From Candidatus Hermodarchaeota archaeon (GTDB lineage Archaea > Asgardarchaeota > Thorarchaeia > Thorarchaeales > Thorarchaeaceae): 64,000 nt of DNA. Under the pieces are notes generated by a model. The model saw only the letters and a list, made by a program, of their open reading frames with translations. It made no database searches and was not told where the DNA came from. The stretch lies in assembly GCA_048885865.1 (NCBI GenBank), contig JBHLLF010000017.1, positions 314-64,313 on the forward strand, read 5' to 3'. Shown one piece after another: positions 57,100 to 64,000 of the stretch; the stretch's first letter is position 1; the number at the start of each line of letters is the position of its first letter. The position numbers and the translations under genes are program-made.

Positions 57100-57135
57100 G
57101 TAGTTTGATATGCCGGTAGTGAGTAGTTTGATATG
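57100..57135 (+). repeat. Two copies of a 13-bp direct repeat, GTAGTTTGATATG
   Basis: Copies lie at 57100-57112 and 57123-57135, 23 bp start-to-start. The second copy ends 23 nt upstream of ATG 57159. Confidence 0.6.
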
Positions 57136-57158
57136 AAACGCTAATGTGAGGAGATATT

Positions 57159-58082
57159 ATGAGAGTCAAGGATCTTCGACGTTATATCAAGACTACCGAG
57201 AAGATGGTCGTGCCTGCCAAGGTTGCGTCCACGACCCAGGGTAGTGGTTTTCTCCGCAAGCTGCCGCTCAGACTCCAGCGGTACATCGTTAAAAGAGGGG
57301 CGCGCTCCAACCCGTACATGAGCTTCATCGTTGAGCCGTACAGCGTGTTCCTTTCCTTTGAGGTCACCGATACTGAAACGGTCGAGCGGTGGTTGCCGCC
57401 GAACTACAGCTTGTTACCTTCGGCGATGTTTAGCGATACTCCCAAGCGACTGTGCGCCATCGTTAGTGCCTTTAACGTTCACACGAGCGTGTTTTGGGGG
57501 AGCCGCGTGGAGTTCTATCTGATTGCTGAGAACTGCGAGACAGGGCTTCTCTCTTGGGTCATCGTTGAGTATGAGAGCAACACGCACAGCTACGATCCCA
57601 GTCAGGGCTTCATCGGTCCGAGTACGTCACATTCAGTAGTCACGACATCTTATCTCGGAGAGATCATCATTGATGTTGCGAGCGCGCAGTCTGACAACAG
57701 CCTCGTCCTCGTCGCTGACATGAAAAACGGCGCGCTCACGGAACTCGATCAGCGCCTGTGGGTCGAGGGAAATCTCTCAGTCGACTACGGCGGGGATCTA
57801 CAACAGTGCACCAAGCCGTTTAGTCTGGTGTTCGATCCGAAGGAGATGTCGCAAGCGCTGAAACTCCCTCTCGAGGATATTTCACTTTGCACCAACACCT
57901 TCGGCGCCGGCGCACTGAACCCGATGCCGTTCGAGGCTGCGTGCTTCCCGTACGCGCAACACTTCGTCACGACGAGCGTCCCGACAGCTACCTCGATGCG
58001 GACAGCGGAGGATCTCGAGGAGGCCGTGAACGAGATCAACGACGAGATGAATACCTCTCAGGAAACGGACTGCCAAGAGTGA
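57159..58082 (+). CDS. Hypothetical protein encoded by a GC-rich (foreign-composition) gene; possible acetoacetate-decarboxylase-like/DUF2071-like fold
   Basis: GAGGAG Shine-Dalgarno site 7 nt upstream of the ATG. Hand counts on 60-nt samples give 55% and 70% GC inside the gene versus 35-45% in both flanks. The segment VFLSFEVTDTETVERWLPPNYSLLP...FNVHTSVFWGSRVEFYLIAEN is reminiscent of ADC-like/DUF2071 proteins, but weakly. Confidence 0.7.
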   Translation: MRVKDLRRYIKTTEKMVVPAKVASTTQGSGFLRKLPLRLQRYIVKRGARSNPYMSFIVEPYSVFLSFEVTDTETVERWLPPNYSLLPSAMFSDTPKRLCAIVSAFNVHTSVFWGSRVEFYLIAENCETGLLSWVIVEYESNTHSYDPSQGFIGPSTSHSVVTTSYLGEIIIDVASAQSDNSLVLVADMKNGALTELDQRLWVEGNLSVDYGGDLQQCTKPFSLVFDPKEMSQALKLPLEDISLCTNTFGAGALNPMPFEAACFPYAQHFVTTSVPTATSMRTAEDLEEAVNEINDEMNTSQETDCQE

Positions 58083-58206
58083 ACGATGATTGAACTTTAT
58101 GGGGGCATCCCAACAGCATTTGTGAAGTTCTACATGGAATAGGATTTAGGGGTCCATTGGAATGAATTGTTGGGCATTAGGGCGACTTGCCATTGATTCT
58201 TGCCAT

Positions 58207-59310
58207 CTACGCACTTCGACCATCTGTTGCGTCGTTCTGGCTTTCTTTCAAAGCAACTTCAATCAAATTATTGAGGTACTTCTCCTTTTCCTCTAACATT
58301 GGATAGTGTGCTGAGTTTTCGAATATGACTAGTCTTTTCCCTCCTTCAGCCTTTAATTGATTGAAGAACTCTTTCACAACGACTGCAGGAGTGATCATAT
58401 CGTGTTTGCCTTCAAAGAAGAATATAGGAACTTCAATCGAATCTATCTCTTTTCCAAAATCGACTTTTGCTAATTCCTCCCACAAAGCATACGTAGTAAA
58501 ATTCCGTCCTTTTCCCATCAGCGTTCTAATTCCTTCCAACAATGAATATTCAGGCGAAGTCAAATAGGGTAGAACTAGTCCAATCATTTTCACAATGGAG
58601 AAATCTGCCATCATACCTCCATATCGAACAATGTAGTTAGCTTTTTCCCATAGCTTTTTGGGAGTTTCATATGGTGGAAGTCCAATTGCTTCAATCGCAG
58701 CTTGATGTTTTTCATTACCTAATCTTCTAGCTTCTTCAACAATGAAATTGTAGTTTATTGTTTCATGCTCGCAGTCGTTGATAATTTGCGCTGCTCCAAC
58801 ATAAGCATGAATTTTCTCTGGATATCTATGAGCTGTTTTAATTCCGATCACTGTTCCAGTAGAGTGTGCAACAATGAAGACTTTTGGAGTGTCAAACCTA
58901 TTCCGCAAATGATCAATCAATTCGTTACAATCTTCGACCAGCCTGTCTAGGGTCATTGATTCGACTGGGATACTAGGACTATATGACTTCCCTCCTCCTC
59001 GCTGATCCCAATGAACCACTGTGAAATGCTTTATCAACTCGGCATCTAATCTTCGGGAACTTGACATACCTACTGAAGGTTCGCCAGGACCGCCATGTAG
59101 GAAAATCAAGACAGGGTTATTTTGGTCCATACCTCTGATGAATATCCATTGCTTCAAATTTCCGAGTGTAATCTCCTCCAATGAGCTAATCCCATTTGGT
59201 GTTTCTATTCTTGTTGAATATTTCAAATATTGCTTATACAGCAGTAATCCGATGATTAGAAACAAAAGAATCCCAGATATACCAATGATGATTAGCAGAA
59301 CGATATCCAT
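58207..59310 (-). CDS. Membrane-anchored alpha/beta hydrolase (proline-iminopeptidase/epoxide-hydrolase-like)
   Basis: N-terminal TM MDIVLLIIIGISGILLFLIIGLLLY; oxyanion motif LIFLHGGPG; nucleophile elbow IVAHSTGT. Confidence 0.75.
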   Translation of the reverse strand: MDIVLLIIIGISGILLFLIIGLLLYKQYLKYSTRIETPNGISSLEEITLGNLKQWIFIRGMDQNNPVLIFLHGGPGEPSVGMSSSRRLDAELIKHFTVVHWDQRGGGKSYSPSIPVESMTLDRLVEDCNELIDHLRNRFDTPKVFIVAHSTGTVIGIKTAHRYPEKIHAYVGAAQIINDCEHETINYNFIVEEARRLGNEKHQAAIEAIGLPPYETPKKLWEKANYIVRYGGMMADFSIVKMIGLVLPYLTSPEYSLLEGIRTLMGKGRNFTTYALWEELAKVDFGKEIDSIEVPIFFFEGKHDMITPAVVVKEFFNQLKAEGGKRLVIFENSAHYPMLEEKEKYLNNLIEVALKESQNDATDGRSA

Positions 59311-59316
59311 GTCATT

Positions 59317-60291
59317 TCATCCCATAGTAACAACAACGTTTCCCAATTTGCCACCTTTTTCCACAAATCGGTGGACATCAACCATCTGTTCCAGGGGGAA
59401 GGTTCTATCTATCACTGTCCTTATCGTACCAGCTTCGATGAGCTCTCTGAGCTCGACAAGACGTTCAGTAGTATAGTCCGTGTACTTATCATACACACTC
59501 ATGTTGCTCTTCCTTGCAGTCGATTTGTCTCCTCTAGATACCGACCCATTTCCTTGAAGATAGATCCCATTCTCATTTAGTGATTTCATGCATCCTGAGA
59601 ATTTGGTCACACCCACAACATCAAAGATGACATCATAGTTTTCATCTCTCTCGGTGAAGAGCTCCTTTTTGTAGTCTATGAGATGGTCTGCTCCAAGTGA
59701 GCTCAGCATGTCAAATTTCCCAGCACTGTCCACAGCAGTAACCTCAGCTCCCTTAGATTTGGCAAGCTGTAGTGCAATAGTGCCTATACTTCCTCCTGCT
59801 CCATTGATCAGGACTGATTGGCCTTTCTGAATGTTTGCTTCACTCATGAAATGAAGCGCTTCATTTCCACCAATGGGAATAGTGGAGGCTTCCTCAAAAC
59901 TCATGTTAGTCGGTTTTGATGTTACTAGTCCTGTTTCAGGCATAGATTTGTACTCCGCGTACGCTCCCAGGGTGCGGTCTGTACATGCAAACACCTGATC
60001 ACCTGGCTTGAATCGGGCCACTTCGTTTCCTACTTCTTCCACAGTGCCAGCCAACTGCTGACCAATTATTTTCTTCCTTGGGCCTCTGATACCAAATCCA
60101 AGTCGTATGAGGAGCCGAAGTCCCAAGCCATAGTAAGGGAAGTTGAAACCTCGAAGCTCGCAATCTCCTAGGACTACAGTCGTTGCATGATTCTTGATTA
60201 GAATCTCATTGGGTTTGGGTTTGGGTTTTGGTACTTCAATTAGCTTTAGGACTTCAGGAGGTCCATATCTTGTACATACAATTGCTTTCAT
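59317..60291 (-). CDS. NAD(P)H-dependent MDR oxidoreductase (quinone oxidoreductase-like), paralog 2
   Basis: MKAIVCTRYGPPEVLKLIEV..., RFKPGDQVFA and VLINGAGGSIGTIALQLAK. Confidence 0.8.
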   Translation of the reverse strand: MKAIVCTRYGPPEVLKLIEVPKPKPKPNEILIKNHATTVVLGDCELRGFNFPYYGLGLRLLIRLGFGIRGPRKKIIGQQLAGTVEEVGNEVARFKPGDQVFACTDRTLGAYAEYKSMPETGLVTSKPTNMSFEEASTIPIGGNEALHFMSEANIQKGQSVLINGAGGSIGTIALQLAKSKGAEVTAVDSAGKFDMLSSLGADHLIDYKKELFTERDENYDVIFDVVGVTKFSGCMKSLNENGIYLQGNGSVSRGDKSTARKSNMSVYDKYTDYTTERLVELRELIEAGTIRTVIDRTFPLEQMVDVHRFVEKGGKLGNVVVTMG

Positions 60292-60352
60292 GAGTTACAG
60301 AACCCTTTTGAGAGAGGACTGCTTCTCATCTTAAATCTGGTTGTGAAAGCGA

Positions 60353-60880
60353 ATGTCGGAAGCACAGCGTCAAGAGCTATTCTTCCTGAGGATATTTCCA
60401 AAGTGCCCCTTTTTTGGATCAGCAACCGCCATTTCAATTATCCTAGCTCTAATTGGCTTGGGGACCTGGGGGACATATTATCTCAATTCTTGGGTAGCTG
60501 TAGGATATATGTCCTACTCCCTTGTATTCTACTTCCTAGTGATGCCATTAACAATGTGCAGATATTGCTATTTCAAAATAGTAGAAACGGCAACAGATGA
60601 AGAAACGGGAAAAGGTGCAGAGAAGCTGTTGTCGGTGGAAAGATGGACTAAATCGCACTTGCACTTGCATGTAGGTCAAAAGGGCTGGTCCTATGCAATG
60701 GCCATAGTTTGGCTTGCACCCATATTCTTGATTGGCGCTTCTCTCTTTCTAGATTTCTCTTTGTTTGCTCTAGCAGCATTATTTGGCTTTGCAGTGGTGC
60801 TAGTTGGAAACTACTTCTTCATGGTACGAATAAAATGTCCAACATGCCCCATCCAAGAGCAGTGCCACTCAGCTTTCTGA
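60353..60880 (+). CDS. 4-TM membrane protein with Cys motifs (CRYC, CPTCPIQEQCH), uncharacterised
   Basis: Hydrophobic segments plus MCRYCYF and a C-terminal KCPTCPIQEQCHSAF. Confidence 0.55.
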   Translation: MSEAQRQELFFLRIFPKCPFFGSATAISIILALIGLGTWGTYYLNSWVAVGYMSYSLVFYFLVMPLTMCRYCYFKIVETATDEETGKGAEKLLSVERWTKSHLHLHVGQKGWSYAMAIVWLAPIFLIGASLFLDFSLFALAALFGFAVVLVGNYFFMVRIKCPTCPIQEQCHSAF

Positions 60881-60930
60881 AACTAAAAAGGAAGGGAAGA
60901 GACCGGGTCTACGGTCTCTTGGTAGGTGGT

Positions 60931-61347
60931 TTATTGTTCTTCTAAGAGGAGTCCTGGGAGGAGGATGAGGAATCCCGGAAGACTCCAACCAACAAGTAGC
61001 AAGAGGATGCCGATAATAGTAAACCCAGTTCTGTGGGCCATCGGATCTTGTCTCCACATGTATATGACTATGAGAAATATGAGTTGGACAACCCCTAATG
61101 CCATTACCGCCAATGGGATGGCTCCTGGGTAATCTGTAATGAACGCCAAAATTGTGGGGTCGGTGATGAAGGTTCCTACGTCAACATATGTGAAGGCTAA
61201 GAAGATTAAGACTCCACCTATTAGAAAGACTATAGTGGTTAGAAGGATGAAAATCACTGCAAACCACAATATTCTCTGCGCTGTTTCAGTTTTCATTCTC
61301 TCTCTCTCCAATTTCAGGTTAAACGCCGTAACCAGAGCAAATGGCAT
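60931..61347 (-). CDS. Small membrane protein (3-4 TM), uncharacterised
   Basis: Hydrophobic ORF; the probable start is the internal MKTETAQRILWF. Confidence 0.5.
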   Translation of the reverse strand: MPFALVTAFNLKLERERMKTETAQRILWFAVIFILLTTIVFLIGGVLIFLAFTYVDVGTFITDPTILAFITDYPGAIPLAVMALGVVQLIFLIVIYMWRQDPMAHRTGFTIIGILLLLVGWSLPGFLILLPGLLLEEQ

Positions 61348-61460
61348 GTGCTACCTCTATCATAAATGTTCCGAGAAACTGATTTTGATTTGGTCATTCA
61401 ACTTGAGGTTCGCAATGGTTGGGCCAGTCATAGAGTCAGAAGACGAATAATCGAAGTAGC

Positions 61461-61775
61461 CTAATCTGGAGCAACCATTACTTGATAGTGTGCTGAACGA
61501 TTGTCAAATCTCGACAATAGCTGCCTTGCCTCCGGCGGAACAACTGCAACTTCATACTCTTCGCCTGCAAATGCTTTTACTGCTTCAAGGGTTTCAAACC
61601 ACATTATAGTCACAAACTCTACACCATCGTCAATATCCCGACGAAGCAAGTGGATGTCTCGGTAACCTGGAATTGATTGCTTCTCTATATTAGCAAATAT
61701 CTCAGTACGCAGCAATTCTTCATATGCATCAGCGTTTTCGTGATTTGTCCACCCGTGCCATATGCGACTAATCAT
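61461..61775 (-). CDS. Antibiotic-biosynthesis-monooxygenase (ABM/Dabb-fold) domain protein
   Basis: 104 aa. The sequence ISRIWHGWT...ADAYEELL...FVTIMWFETLEAVKAFAGE fits the ferredoxin-like ABM family pattern. Confidence 0.65.
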   Translation of the reverse strand: MISRIWHGWTNHENADAYEELLRTEIFANIEKQSIPGYRDIHLLRRDIDDGVEFVTIMWFETLEAVKAFAGEEYEVAVVPPEARQLLSRFDNRSAHYQVMVAPD

Positions 61776-61791
61776 TCAGAATCTTCTCCTT

Positions 61792-62763
61792 CTAAACCAT
61801 AGCTACTACGATTTTTCCTAGAACCTTTCCCTCTTCGAGTTGCTTGAGCGCATTAGGAACCTCACTTAGCGATACAGACCGATCGATAACAGGCACGACC
61901 TTGCCATCTTCAAAAAGCTCCCCTATGAACTCATAATCCTCTCTAGGATTTTGGTCCATTGGATTAAGACCGAGTTTCCTGCTCCCCATCCTTGAAATCA
62001 AGGAGCCTAGAAACACAGTCTGGAATATCGCAGACCTGGAGCCTCCGACCATGATGAACATCCCGTCTGGTTTCAATGCCCGCCTATATGCCAATATTGA
62101 ACGACGTGCAACAGTATCGAGAATCAGATCATAGCGTTCCCCGGTTTTAGTATAGTCTGTTTCCATGTAGTCAATGACATAATCAGCTCCTAGCGAGCGC
62201 AACATGTCAAATTTCATCGCGCTATCGACGGCAGTCACCTCTGCTCCATAGTACTTGGCAATCTGCACACCGAAGCTGCCCATTCCGCCCCCCGCTCCAT
62301 TGATTAGAACCCTATCTCCTGGCTGTATCTCTCTCTTGCCACGAAGGCTCTGCAGGGCGATAATTCCCGCTTGAGGAATGGTTGCAGCTTGATCGAATGT
62401 CATACTGGCTGGTTTCTTTGCCAGTACCTTTTCAGGTGCTACCGCATACTCGGCAAATGCGCCATAGCCATTCGGGAATAGCAAATCAGCCACAACCTCA
62501 TCTCCCGGCTGAAATTGCGTCACGTTACTGCCAACTACCTCCACCTCTCCTGCAATGTCGGTCCCGAGAATCTTGTGTTTTGTCTTCATTGGGCCTCCAA
62601 GACGGGATGCCCAGGAGCCTCTCATGGCCTCGAAATCAGCTGCATTCAGCGATGACGCATGAATCTTCACAAGCACTTCATTCTCAGTGGGATGCGGCTT
62701 GTTCACCTCTCTATACTGTAATACTTCTGGACCTCCATATTTCGTTATGACAATCGCTTTCAT
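61792..62763 (-). CDS. NAD(P)H-dependent MDR oxidoreductase (quinone oxidoreductase-like), paralog 3
   Basis: MKAIVITKYGGPEVLQYREV..., QFQPGDEVVA and VLINGAGGGMGSFGVQIAKYYGA. Confidence 0.8.
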   Translation of the reverse strand: MKAIVITKYGGPEVLQYREVNKPHPTENEVLVKIHASSLNAADFEAMRGSWASRLGGPMKTKHKILGTDIAGEVEVVGSNVTQFQPGDEVVADLLFPNGYGAFAEYAVAPEKVLAKKPASMTFDQAATIPQAGIIALQSLRGKREIQPGDRVLINGAGGGMGSFGVQIAKYYGAEVTAVDSAMKFDMLRSLGADYVIDYMETDYTKTGERYDLILDTVARRSILAYRRALKPDGMFIMVGGSRSAIFQTVFLGSLISRMGSRKLGLNPMDQNPREDYEFIGELFEDGKVVPVIDRSVSLSEVPNALKQLEEGKVLGKIVVAMV

Positions 62764-63164
62764 GGGGATTCACTCATTGATTTTCGACTGAAGTGATCTC
62801 TTGTGGTGGGCAATAGCAGGTAGGCCGCCATAACAAGGCTGAGGAATAGCAGGAAGTAATTCTCAGATATCGTGGGATCAAGGATAATGTTGAAGATCAC
62901 TTGAGCAGGGAATCCAAACAGAAGTATGAGTCTAGCCCAATTCATGAGTTTCAATGTACCGTAGAAGAGAAACAAGCCAACGAATCCACCAAATACCAGA
63001 AGAAGCCCATAGAATTCTCCAAGGGCAGTGTAGATAGGGGGTATTGGCATGATTCCAAGAATCATCGATATGCCATTGTAGAAATCCATACAAAAGGCTA
63101 CAATCAATAATAGTGCTATGAGGATGACTCCAATTGGTCTACCATACAACATCTCTTGCTCCAC
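62760..63164 (-). CDS. Small 4-TM membrane protein, uncharacterised
   Basis: Hydrophobic ORF. Its stop overlaps the start of the MDR gene by 4 nt, and it abuts the upstream DUF4386-like gene, so it looks like an operon member. Confidence 0.55.
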   Translation of the reverse strand: MEQEMLYGRPIGVILIALLLIVAFCMDFYNGISMILGIMPIPPIYTALGEFYGLLLVFGGFVGLFLFYGTLKLMNWARLILLFGFPAQVIFNIILDPTISENYFLLFLSLVMAAYLLLPTTRDHFSRKSMSESP

Positions 63165-63833
63165 CTAGAAGGGGATGAAAGAAGAAAACAACAGCCATCC
63201 TCCCAATACCAATTCGAATATCCAAATCAGCAGACCCCCCAAGTTCCAGAGTGCTTTGGAGTTTGGCCTCACCATGTTTATGCCATTGCCTAGTCCATAG
63301 ATACTGGCGGCAACAATTCCAAACCATCCGATAATTTCTGGGATGGCACCATAGAGAGCAAACACGATTGAGTAGGCAAGTGTACCAATTGAGAATAGAA
63401 TCTGTGCAAATGAGAATGTGGAGTTCTTTGATTTGAGATTGGCAAGACCCGAATCAACTAATGCATCTCTTTCAACACCACTAGCTCCGGAGTATTGACC
63501 TGCTATGTCAAGAAGGCCCCAGTAGTCGCGTTTTCTGTAGATTTGACTCAGACCTTCTGCTCCTCGAGCGATAACCCAAACGACTCCAAGTAGTAGGTTG
63601 TAAGGACTGAAAGCAATGAACATAGTGACTGCCAGAGTAACTATGAGTACATGCTCAACGATTACCAGCATGGTGCCTGTTCTGAATTTCTGTGGATTCT
63701 CGTTAATCTTCTGGAGTTGAGCCTCTGAGTCCAACTCACTGAATATCTCGTAGCCATATCTCGAAGTTGCAGTGACTATAATCGCAATGATCAACAGAAA
63801 AAGGAATCCCGATATTTCGATGAACATGAGCAA
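63165..63833 (-). CDS. DUF4386-like membrane protein
   Basis: About 6 TM. IPEIIGWFGIVAASIYGLG and FELVLGGWLLFSS resemble conserved C-terminal motifs of DUF4386. Confidence 0.5.
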   Translation of the reverse strand: MLMFIEISGFLFLLIIAIIVTATSRYGYEIFSELDSEAQLQKINENPQKFRTGTMLVIVEHVLIVTLAVTMFIAFSPYNLLLGVVWVIARGAEGLSQIYRKRDYWGLLDIAGQYSGASGVERDALVDSGLANLKSKNSTFSFAQILFSIGTLAYSIVFALYGAIPEIIGWFGIVAASIYGLGNGINMVRPNSKALWNLGGLLIWIFELVLGGWLLFSSFIPF

Positions 63834-64000
63834 TCCCCCGTGATACGATGATTGGCATCATTTAAAGATGGTCCAAAGTGATGACGACGATTTTTCGAAT
63901 ATCAATTCCTCAGACTCAGTTCTCATGTATAGTCTATCTCCTCAATCCTAATGCAAACTCCTCCGCCTGTATGAAATCCTCTTCATTAGGTCTGCCTTTG

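Noticed and set aside
57785-58093. Three overlapping ORFs (57785-58039 minus, 57882-58076 minus, 57887-58093 plus) within the GC-rich gene
   Set aside because: Stop-poor alternative frames are a typical artefact of high-GC sequence. Their translations are Arg/Ala/Gly-rich, so they are not independent genes.
63866-63933. C/D-box sRNA candidate around GTGATGA (63878-63884)
   Set aside because: No CTGA D box lies at an appropriate distance on the same strand and there is no terminal stem. The AT-rich part is better explained as the promoter (TCTTTAAATG on the minus strand) of gene 63165-63833.
1-64000. Searched by eye for CRISPR arrays, tRNA/rRNA genes, transposases, integrases, toxin-antitoxin pairs and defence nucleases/ATPases
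   Set aside because: I found no regularly spaced direct repeats, no tRNA-like GTTCGAATC/T-loop contexts in the intergenic regions, no rRNA-like stretches and no DDE/tyrosine-recombinase-like ORFs. Not one P-loop ATPase was recognised in the window. A tRNAscan/Infernal run would still be needed to be sure.
63934-64000. Minus-strand open frame running off the window end (...KGRPNEEDFIQAEEFALGLRR stop)
   Set aside because: Only about 21 codons are visible, which is too short to call or annotate.

Overview
This is a 64-kb chromosomal fragment of roughly 40-45% GC by eye, most likely from an uncultured archaeon. Archaeal markers are AlaX-type editing protein, archaeal/eukaryote-type GlyRS, archaeal-type PPAT and mevalonate-pathway HMG-CoA reductase; many starts have GGAGG-like Shine-Dalgarno sites and TTG/GTG starts are common. 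I found no rRNA, tRNA, CRISPR array, transposase or integrase. The window has three parts. (i) 1-18.7 kb holds housekeeping genes mixed with uncharacterised ones: tandem zinc-ribbon/2-TM paralogs, two TPR proteins with a SNAP-like helical pattern, and two anchored surface proteins. (ii) 18.85-42.6 kb is the standout, about 37% of the window. Two convergent operons encode three giant anchored surface proteins (2205, 1958 and 2081 aa), a 934-aa polytopic membrane protein of about 20 TM, a second polytopic membrane protein and a small chaperone-like protein. No recognisable ATPase or secretion machinery is present. Two giants are collinear W/Y-rich, sequon-dense paralogs I cannot place in any family. 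The third is a mosaic of thrombospondin-type-3-like Ca repeats, an NHL-like propeller, a beta-trefoil-like triplet and an internal TM bundle. Five surface proteins in the window share a tripartite C-terminal tail (PGG/D-x-D motif, TM helix, Arg/Lys cluster) that looks like an undescribed sorting signal. (iii) 43-64 kb is an accessory block of bacterial-type enzymes: three MDR oxidoreductase paralogs, esterases/hydrolases, GNAT, a methyltransferase and a glycyl-radical enzyme with its activase. It also contains one sharply GC-rich, probably horizontally acquired gene. All family calls come from motif recognition by eye, with no database searches.
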